This document shows positions 38,101-51,345 of a DNA stretch of 64,000 bases, one piece after another. The notes below the pieces were generated by a model, which did not search any database, had not been told where the DNA came from, and saw only the letters and a list, made by a program, of their open reading frames with translations. The position numbers and the translations under genes are program-made. Each line of letters opens with the position of its first letter. The stretch's first letter is position 1. Source of the stretch: Lama guanicoe (lineage: Eukaryota); NCBI GenBank assembly GCA_013239625.1, contig MU056000.1:9993175-10057174 (forward strand). Direction: 5' to 3'.

Positions 38101-40935
38101 TTCATTCCACACATATTAGTAATCTAAGGTGGCGCATTATGAAATTAAATATTATTCAGTATAAGATTTGATATACAAAAATTTTGCTAGCCTCTAACTG
38201 GCTTCTTACATTTCAGTCTCCAGTACATTCTCACTGCCAAGGTCATCTCCCCCTTCAACATAACAGTCTTCTATTAAACTTCGCCCTAGTCCAGGGCTGA
38301 AAGTAATTCCTCTTGCTTCCTAGTTTCACTTTGTATGATGCACCACTTTCTACTTTGTGTATTGATTGCTTAGGTACCTGTCTAATTTCAACTACTAGAC
38401 ATTAAACTGCTTCCGGTCAGGATCTGAATGAGATGGGTCTCTGCTTGTGCACAGCACTTAGCGAACAGCTAGCTTATTGCACCTGGCCCGTAAACAGTTG
38501 CTGATCAGATAAATAAACAAGTGAGTTCCTCCACTCAAAATGAGCTTCAGTGGCTCCGCATTGTGCAGCCTGTTGTTCAGAACCTTCACAACCAGCTCTA
38601 TCCTCGTTGCATTCGCTCCATTGCTAGTTCTGTCCACCTCCAGCTGCATTCGCATGATTATTCATACGTAATAACTCTTCTCCAGTAAAATCAATTTGCT
38701 GAGTTCCATGCCTTTTTCTATGATTTTTTTTCCTGTCTGGTAGAAAACACATACACACTCACAAACACACACACCCTATTGTTTTTCTTCCCACCTCCTG
38801 AACAAGAGAATCCCAAGGTTCCCGTTTCCATGGGAATCTTCATCTCACATATTAAAAAAATAAACAACAGTTCAGCCACCTCCTTCCTCAGATCACTCAC
38901 AAGCTATGAGTCATCTCCACTAACCAAACCCTTGTAACTTAAAGCCCTGATAACAAGGACAAAACCGTTGACCATTTTTAACCTCTGTGGCTGAAAACAC
39001 AACCAGTTTATTTTTCAAAGTTACATCTGGAGGACTTCAGTCCATTTGCATTCTTACTTTTTGAGAAAATCAATAAAGTGTATTCACAGACTGAGTGTTG
39101 TATCTGTGTGGTTGAATCAGGAACCAGTATGGCAAAATTGAATGTCTTGCCTTTCATAAGCAGAGATTAGAGAAAATGAAAAAAATTAATTCTGTACTGC
39201 CCACCTCTTCCCCATTCCACCTACTTCTTCCCTCCATCTAGATTTTTTAATATGTTTTATAACCGTTTACCCTATGGCAGTTGTTATTTCATGTACTAGA
39301 TTTAAGATACCACAGGATGTGGCTTGACTCAAGTATTAATCATTGAATCATGCTGATTACAAACCAGAAGTGAACAGTCATCATGAAATACACAAACCAT
39401 GTCACATCACAGGGAACAGAAGATAGCCCAGCCTAGTCTCACTCTGGGACACAGGGGATCTCACAGAGAATAAATAGAGTTCAGTGTTTTATAAGCTTAT
39501 ACATTAATGAAGCTAGAAGAAGTCATTGTGTTTCATAGATGAAAAAAGATCCAGAGAGATCAAAGGGAACTTTTCAAGACATCAGAGCCAGTCAGTGATG
39601 GAATAGAGACCAGAAACCAACCCTTTGGACCAGTTTCCTGTAGGATGCTCTTCATCTATAAACACCATTTATTGTTCTTGCAGTGTCAGCGAGAGAAGAT
39701 ATCTTAAATGGATCTTTTTTTGCACCCAGGTCCTTTAAACACATACTAAAGAGGCAATACAAACACCAGGTTGGCTTGAATAACTCCTAAGGAGCCAGCC
39801 AAGCTTTCAACTCAAGGCTGTCACGTTGGCACCTTTTTAAAAAAGTGCTCATGAGAAGGGTCATCAAGGAAGAAACAACATCCATCCTTAGTGTCTGTTG
39901 TCTGTGTCAGCACACATCCTATTCATTTCTCCTGTAATTATTTAGTGGGTGGAGTAAGAGCAAGGACGTGTTATTATATTAGGAAGTTATTTGTTCCTTG
40001 AATCTAAAGATTATGCCTACAGCTCACGTTACATCAGAGGTAGGATGTAAATGCTTAAAGCTCTGTTAAAATGACAGTGCTTTAATAACAATGGCACTTG
40101 AAGTTTATGACACCTTTCAGGGTGGATCTCAAAGCACTTGGTAAATATTCATTACATTTCAACAGGGTATGATACCCAAGGATTTCCTTTTTATAAGTCA
40201 GAGAAAAGAAAGGCAATTGCCTTTTAAAAAATATGCCTGTTTTGTTTTTAGCCCTAATATTTTTATTTTTAATTATGTCTAATTTTTTTAATTACTCAAA
40301 AGCCTCTTGGCAATAAATTTCTGTAATAGAAAATTAAATAAATAAAGTGATTGACATCATCAGGATGAGAACTTGTACGTCCTGACCTTATTCAGAAGAA
40401 ATACCAACTTTTCTGGCTTTATAACAAAAGATTCACACAAAGAACCCTCACAAAGCATCATCTGAAATTTCAGGGCTGGAAGGTACAAAGCAAGTCACCA
40501 AAGAATGCAGCACCTTTTAAAAAAATCTTCAAAAGCTAAAATTCTTCCCTGAACTATCATTGTTAAAAATTAATCCAGGAATTCAGGTTTGGAGATGAGG
40601 TAGGAGGGAGGGTGAGAGGGAATTAGAAAAGGAGGAGAAGCAAAGACTGTTTAAATATTTACGATTTTTATTTGAAATCAGAGAAAGATTCCCTCCTTTC
40701 AAACTTGAAGTGCCATGATAATTAAGGACTTCAGATATTTTATATTTTATCTGATGGGTTTTGACTTCAAAGGAACTTAGAGGGCACAGTGTCAGCCAAC
40801 ACTTCTACTGTAGCCCCCCACCCCCACCCCCGAAGCCTCAGCCTCATCACAGAGGCTTCAGCACGGTCCTTCCCAACACAGCACCCTGGGGACAAGCTCT
40901 CTACTCTAAAATGGCCAACGATCACCCCAAATCTT

Positions 40936-41495
40936 GGTGTTCCGAACGTCCATTGTTGAGTAATAAACAAGTCCAAAACATAACAGCTCAAATAACAATT
41001 TGTGATTGTGTCTCACGGTTCTGTGAGTTGACTGGGCTGAGTGGTTCCTGCTCAGAGACTGATGGAGTTGCAGCCTGATACCATGTCAGCTGGGGTTGTG
41101 GTTACCTGGAGACTCGCTGGGCTGGACATCCTCTAAGGTCCATCCACGGGGGCCATAGCAGAGATGGCTCAGCCGGGGCTGTTGACCTACGTGAGCGTCT
41201 CCATGTGACTTGGACTTCCCACAGCCGGGTGGCCAGGTTTCCTGAGGAGCACTGCAGGGATGAGTGTTTCAAAGGGCAGGAAGCAGAAGCCGCCAGGCCA
41301 GTGAAGGGCTGTGCTGGGAACTGTGGCAACGTGATTTTCATAGTAACCAACAGATGAAAAGTAGCCACGGGGCCCACCCAGGTTCCAGGGTGTGGAGAAA
41401 TAAATTGCCCCTCCCGATGGGGAGCAGGAAGGTCACCTTGCCGAAAAGCATGTGGGATGGGAGATTCCGTTGCAGCCATTTTTGGAACATATGAT
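40936..41495 (-). mobile_element. MLT1F/G-like MaLR solo LTR
   Basis: Contains TCTCACGGTTCTGTGAGTTGACTGGGCT...CTCCATGTGACTTGGACTTCCCACAG...GCATGTGGGATGGGAGAT...GCAGCCATTTTTGGAA. Confidence 0.82.
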
Positions 41496-43564
41496 CCACT
41501 GCACTCAGCTTTGTCATTAACCTGCAACGAAGCTATCCAGCTGCAGATAAATTTCCATTTCCACGCTGTTATTCTGTGCTTAATTGGGCACGGAGTAATA
41601 CTCAATTTATTTTTTCTAACTGTTGCCAAGATTACACTTGGGTCTTAACTGATATTAGTTCGTACCCTCTTATACCTTCAAAGGCTATTCTAATTCAGAC
41701 AGGTATCGGAGCCCAGCGGTAACAGGTCATGGGGAGGAGGGCGTGGCTGAAGCTGCCACTATTTGATTGACAATCACGATAGTGCTGTGTCCCTGTGGCA
41801 GCTCCCAGCCTCTCAAAGAGGACCAGGCAAGAACATGTAACTAGATCAGTTCAAATCCATCACAATCATGAAAACTGTTTTTACTGAGTTCACAACCAAC
41901 CTCTCTTTCAAGCCTTATGTCCCAATATTTCTCACCAGCATCCGTATTCTGATCCAACCAGACTTCTCAGCTTGTGTTTCCTGGCCTTGTTTGCTCTGTC
42001 TTCTCTACTCCCACCTCTCCCCATCCCAGCTCAGACTCCACACCCACATGCCCACTGATTGAAATACTACTCCTTCTGTGGCAAATTCAAATGCCAGTTC
42101 CTCTAGGTTGACATTCCTGATTGCCCTGCCGAATGGGTGGAACCCTGCTCTTCTATGAACCTCTGTAACTTTGCCTGCTGCCTCTGGGGACTCCTACCTT
42201 GTCTACCTGGAGTCACAGTCCTGTTGAGGCTTGTCTAATTCCCTCCTTTTACCTTTGCATCCATTCCCTACACAACCCAGGGCAATGGCTCCCACACCGC
42301 AGGTGGCGTTGAAGAATGTTGAATTGGATTGAACCTTCAGGGATATCATTCTCCTTAGATTGTCATCCACATTCACTCATTCATCCACTTAGTAACCCAA
42401 CAAATCCAACAAACAGTGATAGGGCATAGTCCCCACACTACACCAAAACACTGTTTTAACATAACTCTGCACTTAAATACATACTCCCACTTCCACAAGT
42501 GAAACGAGCTTACTGGAGGAGACAGGCACCACGTGTCACATATTTACTTCCATTTCAGCTCCTTAAAGACCAGAACAGATGTCTCTTGGTGCTAGATCAA
42601 GGACGATCCAAAGACCTGAGTGAAGCTTCCACAGAACCTGGATTTCATCGTCTGCTCAGTGCGCCCTTGGCAGCCAGACCTCCAGCAGGCCCACAAATGT
42701 TGCCTCTTCTGAGCGTGTTCACAAATGTGGGGACTTCCTCGGTGAATATCTGACTCTGCTTCTGCTCCATCCACAGGCGGCTGGGATGATCTGTCCATCT
42801 ACACACCCAATGTGGCTCCTAACCTTTCTACTCCCTGGGTTGGTCTTTGCTACTTTCTTATAGGTAAGTATACCAGGAGAAAGGCCAGCAGAATGAGTTC
42901 CAGGCCTTTCTTGGAGGACACTCAGAAACTCCCAACTCAAGATGGAACGAAATCTTCTAACACAAAGGCGAGTTATTTAGCCCCTCTGGTCTCCGTTTCC
43001 TCGAGTGAAAATGGGACTAGTTATAGCCCCTACTTCAATGAGGTGATGCACGCACACATTACAACTTTGCCAGTCAGCAGCCCATGAATGTGAAGTTTTC
43101 TTGCTGTTGCTGAATTACTGTTGTCTCGGGTCATGTTTCTCAGAAGCAGACTCTGAGACAAGAAAGAGTCTGATTTTGGGCTAAGTCACAGGGAGGGCAG
43201 TATCAACTGAATCCATGAGGGGGTGGGGAGTGGGGGGCACCCATCGTCAAGGGCACGGGCTTCCTGGGGGAAAGAATTTCCTGGCACTGTCTGCTCTCTC
43301 AGTTGACAGGCAAATGAGCTCCAGGACCCTGAGCTCAGTTCTCCAAGAAGAGTGGCAGGTGTGAGCCTTGGGGAACAAAAGCACACTAGAGCTGGGAGAG
43401 CAAGCAGGACCATAGAGGGGACCCAAGGGGTCTGGGGGAGTCCTGAAGTATGTGTCTAGCTGTCTTCTGCAAAGCATTTCCTGCAATTCTTGTCTTTGAT
43501 TTGCCTTTTCATTCTACTGGCCCATTCTCTGTCCTACACTCCAGCTCATTTGACAGCCTATAGC

Positions 43565-43662
43565 CGGTTCATTCATTCAGCAAATACTTACTGAGTCCTA
43601 CTATGAGCAGACACCATGCTGGCACCTAGGAATAGATCACTGAACAAAATAGACAAAAATAT
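43565..43662 (-). mobile_element. L2 3' end
   Basis: Contains TTCATTCATTCAGCAAATACTTACTGAGTCCTACTATG...GAACAAAATAGACAAAAAT. Confidence 0.8.
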
Positions 43663-43882
43663 TCAGGGGTGGTGAATTTTATCACCTTTTAAAATATATC
43701 TAATTTTTAGAAATAGCTGAAAAGTCAGAGATGTGATTAACCACATGGCAATTTTTGCCCAGAGTAGAGTGCAATTATACATTAATAAGACTAATTTTCT
43801 CCTAAGCCTATTAAACTAATCTTTCCCAGGCAATACTTTTCATAAGATTTTTTTTTAAAGTACACTTTAAAAAAGATTACAT

Positions 43883-43943
43883 GGGGAAATTGACACAACT
43901 TTGTAAAATGACTATAACTCAATAAAAAATGTAAAAAAAAAAG
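43883..43943 (+). mobile_element. Ultra-short (~61 bp) young L1 3' tip with TSD
   Basis: GGAAATTGACACAACTTTGTAAAATGACTATAACTCAATAAAAAA, flanked by AAAAGATTACAT at 43871-43882 and 43944-43955. Confidence 0.9.
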
Positions 43944-45336
43944 AAAAGATTACATAAGTACATATTCACACCATGGAAAACTTGAAAAATAAAAAAAGTA
44001 AATTAATCACCTATAATTCCAGTGACTTAATACAACTACCCTCAGCATTTGGGGGGATTTTCTTCCTGTCTTTTCTTCTGTCTACTTCACTTTTTTAAAA
44101 AATTAACTTGAAATAATTAATGTACATTCATACATTCCTTTCTCATTTCATGTATTACCATAAGCATAGTCCCACAGTCTACATGAACAATATTTTAATG
44201 ATCATATAATATGATTCTTTTTTTATTCATTCCCTATTATTAGCTCTTTGGGTTGTTCACAGTATTTTCACGAAATGATCCAATTGATTAATTGGGAAAA
44301 TAACTTCAAAGGAGGAGTTTCAAGTATATGTGAAGCAGTGAAACCACAGTTGCAATGAGTCAGGATTCTGGGGGAGCACTCCTGAAGGACGACCCTGATT
44401 TGGATATATCAGGTTTATCGTGTTGATTAAAAAAAAAAACAGTCACCTTACCCTGCAGTTTCATATTTCACATGCTTGAGAAGTTCTTTATAATTTTACA
44501 GGAGGCCTCCAAAAGAGGAATTCTTGGAATTTGATTTTTATCTCCATCCGGCTGCATCAGAAGCCATCTCCTAAAACTCCCTGGAAGTGCTCTGCCACCC
44601 CTTGAGGGAAGGACACTGGAGGGAGAGGCCGGGGCATCCTGCGATCTGTCCGTCCATGTCACTCCTGCCAAGGCCTCAGCTGACCCCGGAAGGGCCTTTG
44701 CGGCAGCTCTCCCGGAAAGGCCCCCAGGTCTAGTTGTCACTGCTTTTTCAGAAGGCTCTCCAAGGTCCCAGACATCTGTTAGACACGGCCCAAGACAAAG
44801 ACAGTTGGGAAAACCCACAAGGAAGGAAATCCCACCGTGAAAGGAGCTGCCTCTGGGGTCTTCTGAGAGCCATCGTTGACCATTGTGCAGTTACAAAGGC
44901 TCCAGTCTACGGCAGCTCCTGATTCCGGGTCAGTCTCTTGGCTGCTGCAGAGGAGGACTGAGGAGGGACACAGAAGTGCCTGTGTCCCCAGCAGTGCCTG
45001 CCAGTGGCTGACGGGGCAGCTGAGGGATTGCTGCCAAGAGCTGGACTCCATCTAGAGAGGGCCTGGCCCCCCAAGGAGACCACGCGACAGGCACGACAAT
45101 GGGCCATTAGCTTTCTGGGGCTTCCCCCCACCACACACCCTGGAGTGCTGGCATTTCCCGCATGGCCCCCACGCTCGTCTAGAGCTCCCTGCAAACTGTA
45201 GTAAACCAGTCAAAACTTTCCAACAGCCACCTGCACAGACGCCCCAGGCTGGATGAATAAGCAAAAAGTCTGCCTTCTTTATCCACACCCCCACCAGCAT
45301 CCCCCGGTAAGGCCAGGAAAAAGGAGAATGAGTTTT

Positions 45337-45498
45337 TTGATTTTTTTTTTTAAACAAAGGGGATTTATTTCGTTTACTTAAGTAGAAAGTTTATTTGGAG
45401 AAGTAATTGGGCTTATTTATTTATTTTTAATGGAGGTACTGGGGATTGAACCTATGCTAAACAGACGCTCTACCACTGAGCTATACCCCTCTCCCCCA
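45337..45498 (-). mobile_element. tRNA-derived camelid SINE (Vic-1-type)
   Basis: Minus strand GGGGTATAGCTCAGTGGTAGAGCG...GGTTCAATCCCCAGTACCTCC. TSD AGAATGAGTTTT at 45325-45336 and 45499-45510. Confidence 0.9.
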
Positions 45499-47079
45499 AG
45501 AATGAGTTTTAAAAGTATATAAACTGTTCACAATGGGGAGCGGGCTTTCAGTGCAGCTCACTGTGTCAGTGCCTTTGGCAGATGGTTGACGTCAGCATGC
45601 AGAGCACGCTGGGTGAAGAGGACAAGCATGTGGGAGGGAGACAGGGGTGTCCGAGGGGCATCAGAAAATAAAAATCACCTCAAAGCTGCTGTCGACAGCT
45701 TTCTCTTAACAGTTTCTGCAGCTCATCAGAAGCCTTCATATGACAGATGCTATGGTCCCTGAAGTGGGCCACTAGGGCAAAGGGTCAGGCCTGGGTGTTG
45801 GCATGGACCGCGATCCAGCTCCTGCTCTCCAGGATTAAAACTGGAAATGACCTCACGCTTGATGGGTTCAGCCTGAGGCTCTTTATTTTTACTCAGTGCT
45901 GGGAGAGGAGGTGGTTCCTTAAAAAAAAAAAAAAAAAAAAAAAAAACTTCTAAAAAGAGGAAAGGGAAATCAGGTTAAAACAAAAACTAACACAAGCATT
46001 TTTCCTATACCACCACGAGTGGACTTCTAGAGCTGACATATCTAAACATCTCCTCTAAGGAAATACAGTTAAAGAAACATGGGAAGGAGATTGTGATAAC
46101 AGAGTCTAATTTGCAGGCTGAAGGGCATCCTAAGGTAGAGGAGGCTCCCTATTGCTGGCTTCCCTGAGGCCATGGCCATGGGCTGGTGTCCACTATAAAG
46201 GGTGAGGGTCAGAGCTGGGGGCCCAGAATGTACTACTTTGCAAAAGCGTAAAGGACATTTAGCATGGAAGAGCGTTGGCAGGCATCCTGCATAGGGCTGA
46301 TATGTGGAAAGCAGGCTCTACTAGAAGTGTATCTGCTGTTAAAATGATGACATACTTCCACACTGGGGGGCAGAGGCTGTTGCCCCAAACCTCGTTGGGG
46401 CTACTCCTCTTCTACCCCCACCCCTCGACCCTCCCAGCACTGAAAACCAAGGACCAGCATCTCCAGGAGCCAACCGGGCAGTCGCCAGCCTGTAGGTGTA
46501 CCAAGAACCCTGCCACACGTGAACCCCATCCCTGTGTGTCCACCACCCCAGCCAGGAAGGGCTCGGACCATAGTACTGGGGATAAGGCCAGTGCCAGGTA
46601 ACCAGGTGCACCATTCACCCAAGGCATCCTCAAGAATGCAGCCCCCATATGGTACCATCTAGACATGTATCAACGCTACCTTTGTACATACTTAATAGCA
46701 GGGCTTAATATCCCATTTAAGACTTCCTCAGACCTTAGAGTTACCAAAGTGTGAGTAAGTGTACTGTGCTTTTTGTTGTATAGAGGACAGTCTAAGGCAG
46801 AGAAAATTTAAATAACTAAGACATGCTAGGCTAAATGCTAGCCAAGGCAGAGCCAAGACTCTGAGATCCTTCAAAGCCATCAGGAAGACTAGATCTTCCA
46901 TGAAGAGCTTTTTGGAAAATTTCTCTTCCTCTTTTAAGTTGTGTCCAATCTATATTAAATCTCTTAACTGAGTTGGGGGATTTTGTCTAAAAAAAGTATG
47001 GGAGAAATAATGTTTCCATACAAAGGTGCAAAGCTAGAAGCTACATGCTTCCCATGTAACCTTCATGGGCTCTGACACT

Positions 47080-47230
47080 GGGTTATGGACTCCTTTTACA
47101 GATGAAGAAACTGAGGCTTAGAAAAATTAAGTAATTTACTCAAGGGCCTAGAAGCTAGAAGATGGCAGACATAGCATTGGAAGCCAGTTCTGTCTAACTA
47201 AAAAGCCCCATATTACTCGCTCTCCACCTA
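47080..47230 (-). mobile_element. MIR SINE
   Basis: Contains TTTTACAGATGAAGAAACTGAGGCTTAGAAAAATTAAGTAATTTACTCAAGG. Confidence 0.85.
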
Positions 47231-47354
47231 ACACTGTCTCATCTGTGATTGGTAAAAGTTTGCCCATGGTGTTACCTGTATTGGGAAGTTACTTAGCTAT
47301 TATGGTTTGAAAGAAAAAAAGGCTTATGGAAGTGAGGTCAAGAGCATGTGCTTT

Positions 47355-48769
47355 CCCCATGCAGATCAATGAAGTTAGAACACCCCCTCACACCGTAGAC
47401 AAAAATAAATTCAAAATGGCTTAAAGACTTGAACATAAGTCAAGACACTGCAACCTCATGGAAGAAAAAGTAGGCAAAACCTTCTCTGACATAAATCTTA
47501 GCAATGTTCTCCTAGGCAGTCTACCCAGGCAATAGAAATAAATGCAGAAACAAATGGGACCTAATGAAACTGATAAGCTTTCGAACAGCAAAGGAAACTG
47601 TAAACAAAACAAAAAGACAATCTACAGAATGGGAGACAATATTTGCAAACGATGCGACTGACAAGGGCTTAATTTCCAGAATATACAAACAGTTTGTACA
47701 ACTCAATAAAAAAAAAACCCAAACCAAAACTGGCAGAAGACATGAACAAACATTTCTCCAATGAGAACATGTAAGTGGCCAAAAGACACATGAAAAAATG
47801 CTCAATATCACTAATTATCAGAGAAATGCAAATCAAAACTACAATAAGGTATCACCTCACACAGAATGGCCACCATTAAAAAGTCTACAAATGATAAATG
47901 CTGGAAAGGGTGTGGAGAAAAGGGAAACCTCCTACGTGTTGGTGGGAATGTAGTTAGATGCAGCTATTATGGAAACAGTATGGAGATTCCTTAAAAAAAC
48001 TAAAGATAGACTTACCATATGATCCAGCAATCCCACTCCTAGGCATATATACAGAGGAAACTCTAATTAGAACATATATATGCACCCCAATGTTCATAGC
48101 ACTATTTACAATAGCCAAGACATGGAAGCAACCTAAATGTCCATTGACAGATGATTGGATAAAGAAGTTGTGACGTGTGTGTGTGTACATATATATATAT
48201 ATATAAATAAACTATATATATAATTATATAAATAAACAATATATATTTTATACACACACAATGGAATACTATTCAGCCATAAAAAAGAATAAAATAATGC
48301 CATTTGCAGCAACATAGATGGACCTGGAGATTGTCATACTAAGTGAAGTAAGCCAGAAAGAGAAAGAAAAATACCATATGGTATCGCTTAAACGTGGAAT
48401 CTTCAAAAAAAGTGACATATTTTTATTTATGTCATATTTACAAAATGTTTACAAAACAGAAACGAACTCACAGACATGAAAACAAACTTATGGTTACCCG
48501 GGGAGGATGTGGGGTGGAGGGATAGATAGGGAGCTCAGGATTTCCAGATACTAACCACTATATAAAAAATAGATAATCAATTGGGCCCTCCTATATAGCA
48601 CAGGGATCTATATTCCTTATCTTATAATAGCCTATAATGAAAAAGAATATGAAAAGGACTGTATATGTATAACTGAATCACTATGCTGTATACCAGAAAT
48701 TAACACACCATTGTAAACCAACTATACTTCAACTAAAAAATTAATTAATTAAATAAATAAAATGTAAAA
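47355..48769 (+). mobile_element. 5'-truncated artiodactyl/camelid L1 (ORF2 C-terminus and 3' UTR) with 15-bp TSD and an internal TG/TA expansion
   Basis: ORF remnants [28 protein letters not shown] and DLPYDPAIPLLGIY. TSD at 47340-47354 and 48770-48784 (12/15 identical). Confidence 0.93.
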
Positions 48770-50119
48770 AAGATCACATGCTTTGGAGAGAGGAGTTGAT
48801 TTCCCCAAGTGTCCCCCAAGTCTCAGGCTCATCTGGCCATGCCCCATTCACCTGCTCAAGAGAAGAGGTGTCACTGTCTAGATGGTGTCATCTTTTCTGG
48901 CCAGACAGACTCTATCTCCTCCAGACGGCTAATCTTGTGTCAACCACCACTTTCTTCTTATAGCCTATTATTGATAAATACATATTTTTTTCTCTGCTAG
49001 ACTCTAATCTCATTCAAATCGGAATCCATGAATGATTTTTTTTATCCTATACATCTTGCAAATAACACAAGAAATGCTCATATCAGTTGAGTGAAGGAAT
49101 GAATGAGTATGGGAGATAATCTTTTCTCTCTCTCGTTTTACATCCTACACCGGTTGCACACAACACAACACAACACAGATGCTGAATAGCTGTGCACTGA
49201 GGGAGTGAATGAGAGTAGGGATACAGAAATGGTCCTCGATCTGCAAGGATTCACATTAAAAGGTTGTTTCTCCAAGGATGTAACTAAGAACGTGACACTC
49301 TTAGTAATATGAGACATGGTTACGGCCAGAGGGAAACACTGGTCAATAAGAGGTCAATGGGCCTCTGTCACACCCATCAGATTATAATTATTTTTCTCTG
49401 AAAGTCCTGCATTTCGACCACTTTTTTAAAAATCTTAACAATGATCGGTTATATTGTCACCTGAAGTATTTAACTTCAGACAGAGGATTCTCAGAATGTG
49501 TCTCTAATGACAGAACTTGAAGGAAGATGAAACCCAACACCAGGGCAGTCAACTCTCCTCAGCCCTTAGAATTACCTTGTTTTCCAGTTTTCCAATAGTC
49601 ATTCTTTGTTTTCATTTGGTCTTGGAAATTGTTACTTTTTTAAAAGAACCAAACTCAAATCACTTTTTTAAAAGAACCAAAGAACAGGTGTTAATATGCC
49701 AACACCTGTGATTTCATGGGACTTTAATGCTCAGAGTACAATCCTCACCTGCACATTTTTGAAAAATAAAGTTTACTGAAGTCAGTTACAGTATTTAAGT
49801 GAAACAGATGTTAGCTGGCCCTAGACCAGTCACAGAGACACATGTCAAAATATAACAGTTGGAGCAGAAACCCAACCTTGTTCAGAAACTAGCTTACTTC
49901 AAGATGGGAGAACCAATTTATATTATCTCACAAGGGCATTGCTTAATCCAGACTTAATTTTACCTAATTTGAGGATCACATGACAGTTATTACAACACAA
50001 CTAGTTTCTTCATTTCTACCTTCATGTCTTACTTCCAGAGAGAATGACCCTTTGCCTCTGGTGAATGGCCCTGTCCAATTTTCAGGAACATGAAGGGCTG
50101 TCAGAATTTGTCAGCTGCA

Positions 50120-50405
50120 AGGCAGGCCCGGTGATGGTCTCAGCCAGCATCAAGGAGTCAGAATAGCCCATCAGCGTCGTCCTCAGTTTGGCTCAGACGG
50201 CCAGGCCCTTAGCCCCCTTCACTGGTCTGGATACAGGCTGCCACAGGAATGGGTATGACCTTGGGCAAGACCGCTTTCTTCAACAGAGAGGCTCCCTGAA
50301 GTGGGTGACCACTGAAGGCTGTCTGCTGACAGTTTTCCCAGCAGCTGCAGCAACACATCTTTTATTGAAGGCAAGTCCTGGTGGTACAACACAGAGCCCA
50401 CCACA
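50120..50405 (-). mobile_element. LTR16C-like ERVL LTR fragment
   Basis: Contains GGTCTCAGCCA...GGCCAGGCCCTTA...TGACCTTGGGCAAG...GCTGTCTGCTGACAG...CCACCACA. Confidence 0.6.
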
Positions 50406-51209
50406 CACCCCCCGCTCAGCTGGGAGGCACATACACATGCACAGGAAATTATAATACCGTGATGGCAATAGGATAGCATTCAAGCTGGGACTCCATGCAG
50501 ACAGCTAAGAGATTTATTGTACGTGCTTTGGGGGCTGAGGGAAGCTTCTCTGGGGGAAGTCTCATGTGACTGGGGGAGAAATGCACTTGCAAAGGACAAG
50601 TAGCTCAGTAACGTGGAGACAGTAAAGATGAGGCTGCTGGGAAACATGAACCAGATCTCATCTGCCATATTGACGATTAAGATGAGCAGTAGGGAGCCAT
50701 GGAGTGCTGCAGAGGGAGGCCACCCTGCAGCAGACTAGGGGGAGAACAGGAGGTGAGGAAGTGGAGACCAGACTACACAACTCTCTTAAGGAGTTTTGTT
50801 ACAATGAACACTCCAGGAGGGTAAGGCTAAATGTCCATAGGGTTTAATTTCATTTCATTAGCTCATTTTAGAATAAGCTAGGCTTTAGAAGCTGAAATAA
50901 GGTCTTGATAAGCTTCCTAGGGGAAGATACGAGAAACAAAGCCATAAAAACATGCCTTGTGAGGTTTGGGGCCAGTAGACTAGCAAGGAATCGAGCTGGG
51001 GTCAGACCACAGAAAGCCAATAAAAAAGCTGGGCCAGAGCATTGGTGTCTAGGGCATGTGTATTTCTTCTCAGGATGATTCGCTGAGCCATATTCATGAA
51101 TGAAGAAGAAGGACATGGTCCTTCAGAAAGAATTTAAACCAACCAACCCACCAACAAACTGAACAATTCTAAACTGAAGAAAAGATACACATTAGTCAAA
51201 AGGTTGTTA

Positions 51210-51345
51210 GGGGTGGGGAGGGTATCGCTCAGTGGTAGAGCCCATGCTCATGATGTCCTGGGTTCAATCCCCAATACCTCCATAAATAAACAAACAAAAA
51301 AACAAACAAATGTAATTACCTCCCCCCAATTTTTTTAAATAAAAA
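51210..51345 (+). mobile_element. tRNA-derived camelid SINE (Vic-1-type)
   Basis: GGGGAGGGTATCGCTCAGTGGTAGAG...GTCCTGGGTTCAATCCCCAATACCTCC followed by an A-rich tail. Confidence 0.88.

Noticed and set aside
41102..41629. 175-aa minus-strand ORF
   Set aside because: Lies mostly within an MLT1 LTR; chance open frame.
51210..51285. tRNA gene (A and B boxes); likewise at 16853-16998 and 45337-45498
   Set aside because: Internal deletions, A-rich tails and (for the other two copies) TSDs show these are SINE copies.
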